Origin: Scenedesmus sp. PABB004
Taxonomy: Eukaryota
Direction: 5' to 3'
Assembly (NCBI GenBank): GCA_014905635.1
Contig: JABVCE010000008.1
Location: 310,001 to 374,000, forward strand
DNA length: 64,000 nt
The notes below the pieces were generated by a model, which saw only the letters and a program-made list of their open reading frames with translations, had not been told where the DNA came from and did not search any database. The position numbers and the translations under genes are program-made. Within the stretch, counting starts at the first letter, position 1, and the number at the start of each line of letters is the position of its first letter. This document shows, one piece after another, positions 34,348-47,949 of the stretch.

Positions 34348-37300
34348 GCGCGGCGCCGCCGGCGCCGCCCGCGCCGGGCGGCGGCGGCGGCGACGAGGGC
34401 GGCCCGCGCGTGCCGACCAACATCGACGTCCTGCTGTGCGAGCTCTGCAGCGGCGGGCACCGCGAGGAGCAGATCCTGCTCTGTGACGGCTGCGACAAGG
34501 GGTTCCACATGTTTTGCCTCAACCCGCCCCTCGAGCGCGTGCCGCCGGGCGAGTGGCTCTGCCCCTTCTGCCGCGCGCGCTCGGGCGACCAGGCGATGCG
34601 CCCCGGCGCCGACATGAGCTGGGCGGAGTTTGAGCGCGTCGCCGCCGCGGCGCGGCGAGCGCACTGGGGCAGCGAGGCGCGCGCGCGCAAGGTGGGTGTG
34701 CTGCCGCGCGCCGCGCGCCGCGCCGCGCGCCGCGCCATACCCGCGCCGTCGCCGCGCCGCGCTGCGCGCGCGCTGCCGCCCTGGGCCCACGCTGCCGCCG
34801 CCGCCGCCCGCGCCGTCGCCGGCGCGAGCAGGCCACGCCCGCCGAGGTGGAGCGCGAGTACTGGCGGCTGGTGGAGGATGGCGAGGAGCCGGTGGAGGTC
34901 ATCTGCGCACCCGAGCTCGACACGGGCGCGCTCGGGAGCGGCTTCCCCATCGGCAACGCGCTCCTGCTCGCGCGCGGCGTGCGCCCGGCGGGGCACGGCC
35001 GGCGCGGGCACCCTGGCGCGCCGCGCCCGCGCAGCAGGGCGCGCGCCGGCGGCGGCGAGGGCGGCGGCCGCGCCGCCAAGCGCAGCGGCGGCGGCGGCGG
35101 CGGCGGCGGCGCCAGCAAGCCCGGCACGCCGGCGCCAAGCGTCAAGCGCGAGGCGTCGGCGGCGGCCGACGACGGCGGTGCGAGCGACGGCGGCGCGCCC
35201 GGCTCGTCGCGCAAGGGCGGCCGCAGCCGCAGCGGCCGGCCCACGGGGCGCCGCTCGCCGGCCGCCCCGGGCGTGTCGACGGGTGCGGAGGACGACGACG
35301 AGGACGGGGACGGGGACAAGGAGGAGCAGGAGGCGTCGGAGGAGCAGGAGGAGGAGCAGGCCGAGGCCGAGGCCACGCAGGAGGCGCCGGACCAGCCGCC
35401 GACGAGCGGCGCGGCGGGCGGCGGCTCGGGCGCCGTCAAGCGGGAGCCGGGCGTGACGGTGAAGGCGGAGGCCGAGCCCGAGCCCGGCGACGGGGGGCCG
35501 GCGGCCGCGGCGGATGCGGCGCCCGCCGGCAGCCCCAGCAGCGACGACGAGGCGCCCGGCACGCCCAAGGCCGCGCGCGCGCCCGCGACCGAGGCGGCCA
35601 CCCCATCGCGGGCGGGCGGCGGCATGCCGCGCGCGTCGGCGCCGCCGGCCACGCCGCAGGCGGCCACGACGCCGGCCCGCGCCGACGCGGCCGCGGGGGC
35701 GGCGGCGCTGGCCGCGTACGCCGCCCACCCCTGGAATCTGAATAACGTGCCCCTGCAGGGCGGCGACTATGCGAGCAGCATCGCGCTGCTGCAGCGCCCC
35801 GCGCCGCGGCCGACCTCGGCGCGCCCGCGCAGCGCCGCCGCCGCGGGCGGCGCGGGCGGCGCGGGCGGCGCGGCCGTCGCGGCCGCGGGCAGCGGGGGCG
35901 GCGCGGCCGAGGGCGGCGCGGCCCCTGGCGCCGGCGCCGCGGCCGCGCCCGACGGCGCGCCGCCCGGCCCGTCGGGCCTCGTCGTGCCGCGGCTGAGCCT
36001 GGGCAGCATGTTCAGCACCACCTGCTGGGGCAGCTCGCACCACCTGCTGCACGGCCTGCACTATGCGCACGCCGGCGAGCCGCGCCGCTGGTACGGCGTC
36101 CCCTCGCGCGAGGCGCAGCGCTACGAGGTGAGCGAACGGCGCGGGCGCGCCAGGGCCACGGGGGCAGACCAGGGCGGCCGCGGCGGGGCGGCCCGCGCGC
36201 TCGCGCTGCAGCGCCCCACGCGCGCGCCGCGCCGCCGCCGCGCAGGCCGCGGTGCGCGCGCTGCTGCCGGGCCAGCTGGAGGCGCAGCCGGAGCTGCTGG
36301 ACCAGCTGGGCACGATGCTGTCGCCGCGCGCGCTGTCGCGCGCCGGCGTGGCCGTGTACGGCGTGCTGCAGGAGGCGGGCACGTTTGTGGTCACCTTTCC
36401 CGCCGCAGTGACGGCGAGCATCTGCACCGGCTTCAGCGCGCTCGAGAGCGTGCCCGTCGCGCCGCCGGACTGGTGGGACTGGTCCGAGGTCGTCGCGACG
36501 CGGCTGCGCACGACGCGGCGTCTGCCGGTGCGTGCGCGCGCGCGCTCGCGCGGGGCGCGCTGCGGCGTGGCGCCCGTGGCTCACGCGCCCGCCGCCCGCG
36601 CGCAGGCGTTCAGCCAGGACTGGCTGCTGCTGGCCAATGCGGCCAGCCCGGCCCTGAGCCGGCCCGTGGCGGAGCACCTGCTGCCGCAGCTGCTGCGCCT
36701 CGCGCGGCGCGAGGAGCTGGTGCGGCTGCAGCTGTGGAGCGCAGGTGCGCGCGCGGCGGCTGCAGCTGCACCGGCTGGCATCGCCGTGGCCTGCCGGGCC
36801 ACGCGCGGCGCCGGCGTGAAGCACCGCCGCCGCCGCCATGCCGCCCGTGCGCGCACGCGCGCTCCCGCAGGCGTGCACCGCAGCCGCGCGCTCACCACGC
36901 CGCGCGGGCTGGCGCCCGGCGACACGGCGGACGCCGAGTGCGCGGTGTGCCGCGCGCAGCTGCACATGCTTGCGCTGGAGTGCGACTGCTGCCCCGGGCG
37001 CGTCGTGTGCCCGCACCACGCGGCCGCGCTGTGCGCGTGCGGGCCGCGGGGCTGGCGCCTGCTGTATCGGCTCTCGCTGGCGCAGCTGGCGGATCGCCTG
37101 GCCGACGCGGCGCAGCGCGTGGGCATGGTGCGCGGCGGCGCGCGCGGCAGCCGGGGTTTCGCACCGCGGCGGCGGCGCAGACGGCGGCGTGGCGGCGGCG
37201 GCAGCAGAGTGGCGCGCGCTGACGGCCGCCGCCGCACCGCACGCTGGCGCTGCGCCCGCCGCAGAGCGTGCAGCAGCTGGAGGCGGCCGAGGCGGCCGAG

Positions 37301-39391
37301 CTGGCGGCGACGGCCGATGCCAACGCGCGCCAAGCACTGGCGTCGCTGCACGAGGCCTTGGCCGAAGAGGACGACAGCGCCGACGCAGTGTGCGACGGCA
37401 GCGACGGCGCGGCGCGCCTGCCATCGCGGAGCCCGGGGCCCGGCGACGGCGGAGGCAGCGGCGCGCCTGGGGCGCTCGGCGCCGCGCCCGAGGACGACGA
37501 GCAGCGGCTGCCCAACGGCGCGCTCGCGGTGCTGCAGGCGGCCGCGCCCAACTTTGAGCAGCTGCAGCAGCAGCCGCGCCAGCCCGCGGCAGGGGCCTCG
37601 GACCAGGCTCCCGCCACGCAGTCGCCGCCGCAGCAGCCGTGCGCCGCGCCGCAGGCGGGCTCGCGGCGCCAGCGCCCGCCCGCCCCCAGCCGGGCGGAGC
37701 TGGAGGCGCAGCACCGGCGCGAGCAGCAGCAGCTGCTCGAGGGCGCGGGGCTGCTGCTGGAGCTGGAGCGGCAGGGCCAGCCCGAGCCGCCGCCGGAGCA
37801 GCCGGCGGCCGGCGGCAGCCCCGAGCCCGCGGCCGTGCCGCCCGAGCTGGCGGACGCGCCGGAGCAGACGCACGCAGGGGGCCTGCGCGGCGCGCGGGCG
37901 GCGGCGGCCGGCGTGCTGCTGGCCATCGCCGACGCCGCGGCGGCGGGGCTGGAGGCGGAGCCCTGCCCGTTTGTGCTGAGCGACTCGGACGCCGACAGCG
38001 GCAGCGACGACGACGTCGACGACGACGCGCTGCTGCACAGCACCAGCGACGAGGCAGCGGACGAGGAGACCGAAGGCGAGGAGGAGGACGACGGCAGGGC
38101 GCAGCCGGGCGCCTGCGGCGAGGCCGGCAGCGCGGGGCGGCCCGCGCCCGCGAGCACCGGCAGCGGCGCGCGTGGCGGCGCCGGCGCCGGCGCCGGCGCC
38201 GGCAGCGGCAGCGGCAGCGGCAGCGGCAGCGACAGCGAGCCCGCCGGCGCCAGCGACGACAGCGACTACGAGTCGGGCGCCGCGCCGCGCTGCGCCGGCG
38301 GCGAGCGCAGCCGGCCGCCCAGCCAGCGGGCGCGCGGCGCGGCGGGGCCGTCAGCGGGGCGGCGCGGCAGCATCGCTGGCGAGGGCAAGCCCTCCCGGCG
38401 CAAGGCGTCGCGCCGCGCCGCCGCCAGCCCGCCGCCCGGCGGCGAGGGCGCCGGCGCCGGCGCCGACGCTGGCGATGCCGACGCGCCGCCAGCGCGCCGC
38501 CGCCGCAGCATCGTGCTGAGCGCCGCGGAGCGGCGCGCGCGGCGCGCGGCGCGGCGCGCCGCGCGCCCCGGCCGGGACCGCGCGGCGCGGCTCGCGGCGT
38601 GGGACGCCAGCTTTGCGCACGAGCTGTTTCGCCAGCGCCGCCGCCTCGCGCGCAAGCGCGCCGCGTGGTGCCGCGCCGTCGAGGGGCTGCTGTCCGAAGG
38701 CTGGGCGTCGCCGCAGGAGGTGGAGGCGCTGCTGCGCAAGGGCCAGCAGTACGCGTGGGGCGGGCCCGACTGCGACGCCGCGCGGCGCCTGCAGCAGCGC
38801 CTGCTCGACGCGCAGCAGTGGGCGGCGCAGGTGGAGCGCGCCGCGGCGGGGCGGCCGCGGCCGGCGTTTGAGGCCGTCGCGGGCCTGCTGGCCGCGCAGC
38901 CGCCGCCCATCGCGGCGCCGGGCCTGGAGGAGCTGCGCGAGGAGGCCGCCGCCGCGACCGAGTGGCGCGTGCGCTACTACACAGCAATCGGCCTGCCCGC
39001 GGCGGCGGCGGCCGCGGCGGCCGCGCTGCCGGGCGCGGGCGACGGCGCGGCCGGCACCGGCGGCGCGGCCGGCGCGGGCGGCGCGGCGAACGAGGCGGCG
39101 GCGGCGGCCGCGGCGGCCGAGGCCAAGGCGTCCGCGCAGCTCGCGGCGTCGGAGGCGGCGCTCGCACGGACCTTCCCCAGCGCTGCCGCGGCCGACCGGC
39201 GCGGGCGGCGCGCCGGCGGCGCCGGCGCCAGCACCGGCGCCGGCGGCGCGACGCTGGCCGAGCTCATGGCAGCGGCGACGGCCAAGCCGCTCTCGGCCGC
39301 CGCGGCGGCTGCGGCGTCGGCGTCGGCGGCCGCGTTTGCGGGCAAGTCGTTCGACCTCAAGGCCCTCAAGCGCCTGGCGGCCGAGGTGCGC

Positions 39392-39436
<45 letters not shown>

Positions 39437-39680
39437 CATGCGTGCGGGCGGGCGGGCGGGGCGGGCGGGCGGGCGGGCGGGCGGGCGGGCGGGCGGGCGG
39501 GCGGGCGGCGCGGGCGGGCGGGCGGGCGGGCGGGCGGCGGGGCGGGCGGGCGGGCGGGCGGGCGGGCGGGCGGGCGGGCGGGGCGGGCGGGGCGGGCGGG
39601 CGGCGGGCGGGCGGGCGGGCGGCGCCGGGCGGGCGGGGGGCGGGCGGGCGGGCGGGCGGGCGGGCGGGCGGGCGGCGGGT

Positions 39681-39756
<76 letters not shown>

Positions 39757-41092
39757 GTGCGCGCCGCGCGCCGCCGGCTCGCGCGTCCCTTTGCCAGCCC
39801 GCTCGCGCGCGCCACCCGCGCGCGACTGACTGACCCCCTCCTGCCGCCGTGCGCCCGCGCGCGCCGCCAGGCCGCCGACGTCGCGCTGGAGCTGCCGGAG
39901 CTGCGGCTGCTGCGTGACCGGCTCGAGCAGGGCCGCCAGCTGCAGGCGCGCCTCAGCGCGGCGCTGACGGCAGAGGACGACGACCGCTGTGACATCCCGA
40001 CGCTGCGCGAGCTGCAGGCGCAGGCGGCCAGCTGCGGCCTGGCGCTGGAGGGTGCGCGCGCGCGGGGGTCCCTGCCCGGCCGCGCGCGCGGCCGCGCCGT
40101 GCGCCGCTGCCGCCCGCCGCCGCCGCGCCCACCGCCCGTTGCTGCGGCCGCGCCGCCAGGCCTGGGCGCGCTCGCCGAGACGCTGGCGACCGCGGAGGCG
40201 ATGCAGGCGCGCGCGCGCGCGACGCCATGGCCATGAGCCGCCCGCTCGCCGAGCTCACCGCGGTGCTGGACGACGCCGAGGGCGTGCCCGTGTATGTGCC
40301 CGAGGTGGAGGCCGTGGCGGGGCTGCTGGAGCGCGTGCAGGACTGGCTGCGACGCGCGGAGCACGCGGCACAGCAGGCGCGCACGCGCACGCGTGGGGCA
40401 GGGCCGCGCGGCAGCCAGCGCCGCGACGGCCGGCGAGCGGGCGGGCTGGGCTCACGCCGCCGGGCTCACGCCGCCCGGCCGCGCCCCCTGGCCTGTCGCG
40501 CAGGGTGGCGCACTCAAGTCGATGCGTGAGCTGCTGCACGCGGGCGAGCGCCTGGGCGTGGAGGTGCCGGCGACTGAGGCGCTGCGCGCGCGCATCCGGC
40601 GGCGCGAGTGGGAGGAGAGCTCGCGCCGCGCCCTGGGCAGCAAGACGAGCCTCGGCACCCTGGCCGGTGCGGCGGCGCGCTGGGCGACGGGGAAGGGGAT
40701 CCAGCGGCGCACCGGCCGCTGCTGGCGCGCTGCGCCCGACCCCGTCTGCCCACCTCCCGCCCGCCTGCCCGCCTGCCAACCCGCCAGAATGCCTGGAGGA
40801 GGCGGCGCGCATGGGCGTGGTCGGCAGCCGCCACGCACGCGCGCTCAAGGCGCGCCTGCAGGAGGCGCTGGCCTGGGACCGCCGCGCCGCCGTGCTGCTG
40901 GGCCGCGCCCACGCGGCGGCGGCGGCCAAGATCAGGTCGCTGGCCGAGGCGGGGCTGCTGGAGGGGGAGGATCAGGACGACTGTGTGCCCCTGGTGCCCG
41001 CCTGGGCGGGGCCCGAGGCGCCGGCCGGCGGCGACGGCGGCGCGCCGCCCGCGGACGCCGCCCCCGGCAGCGGCGGCGGCGGCGGCGGCGGC

Positions 41093-41136
<44 letters not shown>

Positions 41137-44070
41137 AAGGGCGGCAAGCCGCGCAGCTCCGCCGCCGCCGGCACGAACGCCGCGCTGGCGGCGCTCGCGG
41201 CCATCAAGGCAGCTGAGGAGGCAAAGGCGGAGGAGGAGGCCGCCGCGGCGGCGGCCGCCGCTGCAGAGGAGGAGGCGAGCGACGCCGGCGAGGCCGGCGG
41301 CGATCAGCCCATGCCTGACGCGGAGCCGGGGGAGGAGCAGCAGCAGGCGCAGGAGCAGCAGCAGCCGGAGGGCGGCGGCGGCGGGCCGGCGGCCGAGCTG
41401 GGCGAGGCTGGCGCCAACCCCGCCGCCGCTGAGGAGGGCGGCGAGGCCGCGGAGGCCGAGCCGGCCCCCGGCACGCTCGTCAGCCTGGACGACCTGGCAG
41501 ACCTGGTCTCCGAGGGCGCCAGCCTCAACGTGCGCCTGGAGCGGCTCTCCGAGGCGACGCGCCTGCAGGTGCGTGCCGCGCCGCAGGGTGCTCGCAACGC
41601 CCGCCGCGCCCGCCCGCCCCCGCCGCCGTCACCGCCGCCGCCGCGGCTGCGCCGGCGCAGACGAGCTGCACCTCGTGGCAGGCGCGCGTGGAGGTGCTGC
41701 GGAAGGACATGGCCGCGGCGCAGCTGCCCAGCCCCGACCGCGTGATGGCCCTGCTGCTCAGCGCGGCGGCCACCGGCGCCGAGCTGAGCCACATGGACGA
41801 CCTGCAGGTGCGGCCTGGCGCCATGGCCAGCGCGCGGGCACAGTGCGCGGGCGGGCGCAGTGCGCGGCACGAGCACAAGCGCAGCGGCCGAGCCCCGCCC
41901 GGCGCGGCGCGGCGCGCGCCACACGCGACGCAGGCGGTGCTGCTGGAGGGCCGCGCGTGGCAGACGCAGGCCGAGCAGGTCGCGGCGCGCCAGGAGGCGG
42001 CGGCCGAGGCCGCGGCCGCGGCGGCGGCCGCCGGCGGCCTTGCGTCCTGCCGCGGCGCGGCGGCCGAGGCCGACGCCAAGAGCTGCATCGCCGAGCTGGA
42101 GGGCGTCATCGGTGCGCGGCGGCGCAGCGGGCGAACCGGTGGCGGCAGGCTGGCTCGCCGCGCGCTGGCCGCGCCGCGCCGCCGCCGCGCCGCCGCCGCC
42201 GCGCGCCGCGCCTCATGCCCCGCCCTCGCCCCATGCCCCGCCCTCGCCCCGCGCGCGCGCGCCGCAGCCGAGGGCGAGGCCATCGGGCTGGCCTTCCCCG
42301 AGCTCGCCACGCTGCAGGAGCGCGTCGCCGCGCTGCGCTGGCAGCTGCACGTGGCCGCCAAGTTCTCTCTCGTCTTCGACCTCGCCGACGCGGAGGCCGC
42401 CGCGGCGGCAAAGCGGCGCGCGGCGCGGGAGGCGCGGCGCGCCGCCGCCGCGCAGCAGCAGCAGCAGCCGCAGCTGCAGCAGCAGCAGCAGGAGCAGCAG
42501 CCGCCGCCACCGGGCGGCGCGCAGGACGGCGGGGCGGCGCAGCAGCCCGACGCGATGCAGATCGACGGCGCGCAGCCACCGGAGCCGCCCCCCAGCGCCG
42601 CCGAGGCAGCGCCAAGTGAAGGCGGCGCGGCGCCCGAGCCGGCCCCAGCGGACGCCGGCGGCGCGGACAGCGATGCCGACAGCGGCGGAGAGGGCAGCGC
42701 CGGCGGCGCGTTTGACCCCGCCGCCGTCGCCGCGTCGGTGCCGCCGTCCGCCAAGGGCAGCCTGGACGACGCGGCGCAGCTGCTGGAGATGGCCGAGTCG
42801 CTGCCGGTGCCGGCGCCGCTGCGCGACGCGCTCGCGCGTGGCGTCGCTGGCGCGCAGGCGTGGGCCGAGGCCGCGCGCGCGCTGCTGCCCGCGCCGGGCA
42901 GCCTGCCGGCGCGGCGCGGCGTGCCGCTGGAGGAGGCAGTCGCCCTGATCGAACGCGCCAAGGCCATGCCCTTCAGGTGGGCCCGAACCTGCTCCCGGGG
43001 GGTCCAGGCTGGGCCGTCGCTCGGGTCCAGGCGCCCCCGCGCGCCGGGAGGCCCCGCCATGCTAGCGCCGCGCGGCGTGGACCGACCGCTCGCCGCCCGC
43101 CGCGCACGCGCAGGCTCAACGCGGTGCAGGGCCTGCAGGCGCTGCTGGCCGGCCACGCCGCGTGGGAGCACGCCGCGCGCAAGACGCTCGACGCGGTGGC
43201 CGCAGCGGCGGCCGCGGCGGGCGCGGCGCGCGCCGCGCAGCTCGCGGGCGTCGACGCCGAGGCGCCGCCCGGCGGCGAGGCTGCAACGGGGCGCGCGCCG
43301 CTGCGGCCGAGCCTGTACGACCTGCAGCTGCTCTGCGACGCCGCGGTGGCCGACCCGCTGGCGTCGCCGCAGCAGGCGCCGCTGCAGGCGCTCCTCGCGG
43401 ACGTGGCGGCGTGGCGCGAGCGCGGCCGCAGGTGCACGGCGGGGGCGCCCGCGCGCGCGCGTCTGCGCACGCCGCCGCCGCTCGCCCCGCGCGCTCACCC
43501 GCCGCGTGGCGCGCGCGAGCAGGGTCATTGCGCGGCGGGGGTCGTCGCAGCCGCTGGACAAGCTGCTCGACTCGCTGCTGGACCGCCTGGCGTTTGCGGT
43601 CGAGGCGATGCGGCAGGTGTACGCGCAGGAGAAGGCGCCGCTGCCGGAGCGCTACCGCGGGCTGCTGCCACTGCACAAGGCGCGCGGGCGCAGGCGCTGC
43701 AGCACCCGGGCGCGCCCGCGGCGCCGGCGCAGCAGGCTGCGGGCGCGGGGCGCCAGGCCGAGGCGGCGAGCAGCCTGCTGCAGGTCTTTGCTGCCAGCAG
43801 CGGCGCGCCGGCGGCAGCTGAGCCCGGCGCCCGGGGCGACGGCGGCGGCCGCAAGGCGTCCGCCGGCGGCGGCAAGGCGGCCAAGGCCGGCGGCAGCGGC
43901 GGCGGCAGCGGCGGCGGCAGCGGCGGCCGCAAGGCCGGCGGCGGCGGCGGCGCGTTTGGCGCGGGCGGCGCCAAGCCCGGCGGCGACCTCGGCGTGAGCG
44001 CGTCCGGGCGGCAGCGCAAGCGCAAGGCGTACAGCATGTACGGCGAGGAGGCCGAGGCCACGCCGCCCGC

Positions 44071-44139
<69 letters not shown>

Positions 44140-47100
44140 GCGGCGGCGGCGGCGGCGGCGGCGCGGCCGCAGCCGCGGCCGCGTCGGCAGCCGCCGCCGC
44201 GGACGCGGCGGCGTCGGCCGCGCCGGCCTGGGACGGCGACGCCGGCGGCGGCGCCGAGGTGGAGGAGGAGACGGAGGAGGGGCGGGTCTACTGCATGTGC
44301 CTGCACGCGCATGAGGCCGACACCTTCATCAGCTGCGACGGCTGCGGGGACTGGTTCCACATCCGCTGCGCGGGCCTCTCCGCCGCGGCGGCGCGCGCGG
44401 CGCGCGACTGGGCCTGCCCCGTGTGCCTCGCGGCCGGCGGCGACCTGGCGGGCCTCGACGGCGTCGCGGACCGCCTCGCGCGCGTGCGGCGCCCGCTGCT
44501 CGTGAGCGCGCTGCTCGGCCTGCTGGCCGACGCGGCGCAGCTCGGCGTGGAGCTGCCCGAGGAGGCGACCGTCCACAAGGTTCTGGAGGAGTATGGCGCT
44601 TGGATGGTGAGCCGCGCGCGCGCGCGAATGCGGCGCGGCGGCGCGGCGCGCGCTGCCGCGCGGGGCGGGCGGGCCCGGCCTCGGCGCCCAGGGCGCCCAC
44701 CGCCGCCGCGCGCCGCCGCAGGGCGCGCTCGCGGAGCTGCTGCGTGGCCACGAGGCGGCGCTCGCCGCGGCGGCGGCGCTCGAGGCCGGCGGCGCGGCGC
44801 CGCAGGCCGGCGCGGCGCGGCCGCTCGTGCTGTCGGCGGCGGGGCTGCGCGCAATCGTGCGGCAGGCGGCGCTGATTGAGGTGTTCAGGGACGAGGAGGA
44901 CCCGGAGGGGGAGACGGAGGCGGAGGAGGAGGCGGAGGAGGGCCAGCAGCTGCAGCAGCAGCCGCAGCCGCCGCCGCAGGAGCAGCAGGAGCAGCAGGGG
45001 CAGGGGCAGCCGCTGCAGCAGCAGGAGCAGGAGCAGCAGGAGCAGCAGGAGCAGCAGCTGCTGCCGCCAGGGGGGGCGGTTGCGGCGGAGGGCGGCGGCG
45101 ACGGCGACGGCGGGGCCGTGCAGCGCCAGCCGGCCCCGCCTGCCCGGCCGCCGCCCGGCGCCGCCATCGCGGCCGGCGCCGCCGCGCTCGCGGCGGTCCG
45201 CGCAGTGGCCGGGGCGCCGCCAGCCCCCGCGGCGGCCGCGGCGGCGCAGCTCGCCGCGCAGGAGGAGGGGCTGGTGCCGTGGGCGCTGCGGCTGCTGCAG
45301 GGCGACAGCTGGCGCACGCGCGCGGCGCTGGCGCTCGCCCCCGGCGCGCGGTGCGTGGCGGGCGCGCCGCCGCGCGCCCGCCGCGCTGCCGCTTGCCGCC
45401 GCGCCTGCGCGCCCACCGCGCCGCCCGCCGCGCCGCGCGCAGGCCGTCGCTGGAGGACCTCGACGCCGTGCTGCGCGAGGCGGAGGCCGACGGCGCGGCG
45501 CCGCCGGGGCGGCGCGGCGCCGGCGGCCACCCGCCCGACCCGCTGCTGGCGTCAGTCGCGGCCGCGGCGGCGGCCGCGCGCGACTGGGCGACGCGCGCAG
45601 ACGCGCTCGTGGCGCAGCTCAAGGCCCTCAGCCGCGGCCCCTCGCGCCACGGCTGGGCGGCGGGCGCGGGCGCGCGGGCGGCGCGCGGCGGCGCGCGCGC
45701 GGCGCGGCGGCGCGAGCCTGTCGAGACCCGACGTCGCCGCGGCGGTCGCGCAGGCGCGCGCGCACCTGGCCGCCGCCGAGGCGCTGGCCGTCGACGTCGC
45801 CGGCGGCGTCGACGCGCTGTCGGAGCTCGCGCGGCCCTACTGCGTCTGCCAATGCCTCTACGACGAGTCGCGGCCGATGCTGGGCTGCGACTACTGCAGC
45901 GACTGGTTCCACTGGGACTGCGTCGGCCTGCCCCCGCCGCGCGACGACGCGGAGGAGGCCGCGCCGCCCGACTACAGGCGCGGCGGCCGGCGCGCGCGGC
46001 GGGCGCGGCGGCGGGCGCGGGGGCGCAGAGGGCGCTGCTGGGAGAGCGCGCGGCGCTCACGCCCCGCCGCGGCGCCGCCGCCGCGCAGGTGCCCCAACTG
46101 CTGCGTGGACGGGGGCGTGCACTACCCGCACCTCCACAGCATGCCCCAAGACCTCGCGGCCGCGCTGGCGCAGCGCGCCGGGCAGCAGCAGCAGCAGCAC
46201 GGCAGGGCGCGCGGCGGCGGCGGCGGCGCCGCCGCCGCCGCCTCGGCCGCCCCTGAGGAGCGGCCCGCCAAGCAGCAGCGACGCGAGGCCAGCGGCGCCA
46301 GCAGCAGCGCCGCCGAGCACGGCGGCGCGGCGGACGCAGCGGCCGCGGCGGCGGCCGCGGCGGCGTCGCGCGGCGCCGGCGGCGCCGGCGGCGGCAGCAT
46401 CGGTGGGCTGTCGCCCGCGGCTGGCGGGCTGTCGCCCGTGGCCGCCGCCGCGCTGGCGGCGGCCGCCGCCGCGGGCGCGCCGGGGCTGAGCGCGCTGCTG
46501 CTGGCGCACCAGCAGCAGGAGGGGCCCGCGCCCAGCGCGCCCGCTGCGGCGCGGGCGCTGCTGCAGGGCATGTTTGGCGGGCCCAGCGCCGGCGAGGCGG
46601 CGTGCGCGCCGGCGGCCGACACCGGCGGCGGCGCGGGCGCGGCCGCCGACCCCAGCGCGGCGTTCAGGGCCGTCGCTGCGCTGGCCGAGGCCGGCGGCGG
46701 CGGCCTCGGCGGCGTCAGCCTGGCGGGGCTGATCGCCAGCCTGCGGCCGAGCAGCGCCGCGCGGGGGCGGCAGGCCGCCCGCGCGCCCGCCGCCACTGCT
46801 GCGGGGGCGCCGGCGGGGGGCGAGGAGGCTGTGGCAGCTGCGGCGGTGGAATCGCTCGCCGCCGGCGCGCCGGAGCAGCCGGCGCAGGAGGCGGCGCAGG
46901 ACGAGCCGGCGGCCGCGGCCGAGGCGGAGGAGCCGGCGCAGCAGCAGGCGGAGGCTGAGCAGGCGGCTGCGCAGCAGGCTGAGGCTGCGCAGGCGGCTGC
47001 GCAGCAGGCCGAGCCGGAGGAGCCGGCGCTGCCGCAGGCGGAGGAGCCAGAGGAGCCGGCGCTGCAGCAGGCGGAGGCGGAGCAGGCGGCGGCCGCGGCA

Positions 47101-47178
47101 GAGGCGCCGGCAGAGCAGCGGGCGGAGGGCGCGGCCGGGCCCGAGCCAGCCGCGGACGGCGGTGGGGAGCAGCAGTGA
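33071..47178 (+). CDS. KDM5/JARID1-family chromatin protein (JmjN-ARID-PHD-JmjC-C5HC2 zinc finger-PLU1-like-PHD-PHD) with a degenerate catalytic site; about 20 exons; several apparent indel errors
   Basis: APVFRPSAEEFADPLRYL..YGLAKIVPP (JmjN); VDLWKLWKVVSRRGG..LRQLYQKHLLPYE (ARID); CELC..LLCDGCDKGFHMFCLNPP..WLCPFC (PHD); VEREYWRLV, HPWNLNN, GEPRRWYGVP, QEAGTFVVTFP (JmjC); CAVCRAQLH..CDCC..VCPHH..LCAC (C5HC2); two C-terminal PHDs near 44289-44426 and 45838-46103. Confidence 0.9.
39394..39737. repeat. Compound intronic simple repeat (TG)n-(GGGC)n-(TG)n
   Basis: Directly visible; fills most of intron 39386-39870. Confidence 0.95.
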
Positions 47179-47949
47179 GAGGGTTGGCGGCGGTGAGGCG
47201 GGAGGGCTTGGCATTGAAGTTGCTCGGCTGGCTGCGCCACGCCGCGGGGCGGCGGCAGCGTGGCAACACCGCTCGGCTACGAACTTACTCAGCCCCCCGC
47301 CAGCATCACCGCCCGCTTGCCTCGCCGCCCTACGCGAGTGCTGGCTAAAAAACAAACCTCCTGCGCGCGAGCGCCCCCCTGCAGAGACGGCAGCGCCCGC
47401 GCCGAGTGCGGGCTCTCAACCGTAGGCAACTGCGGCCGCGCCGCGTGCAGCGCCCACTGGGGCAGTGCGTCGGCGCGGCGCGGCCTGCGCGCCGGCCGGC
47501 CGCGCGGCAAGGGAGGAGCAGCAGCGCGCCTCGGTCGGGCGTTGAGTGAGTGAGGCCGCCGCCGCTGCCGGCGGCGGCCCTGTGCACAGGCGTCTGCGCG
47601 CGCGCGCGCGCGTGCGCACGGCCCAGCGTTGGAATGCGTTATTCTTCGCGGGCGTGCGTCAAATGCAATCAATGGCAGCGCGCGCGGCATGCGCGCGCGC
47701 TCAGTGCGAACCCCGGCGAGCCGGGCGGCGGGCGGCGCCGCGCCGCGCCGCCGCCGCCGCCGTGGCATTGTCGTTTCCGGCGCCCTCCCCCGTGCGTGTG
47801 CGCGCCGCCCCGTATACCCCTTGGCGCCGCGCCCGCCGGCGCCGTCTCGGCCGCGCGCGCCCGGCGTCAGGGGCGGCGCCCGCGGCGCGGGGCGCGGCGC
47901 CTCGCGGCCCGCGCGCCTCGCGCCCGCGCGCCTCGCGCCCACGCGGCGC

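Noticed and set aside
43680..43790. Possible additional GC-AG intron in the KDM5-like gene
   Set aside because: The following sequence reads as plausible protein in another frame, so an indel error is more likely; excluded from the count.
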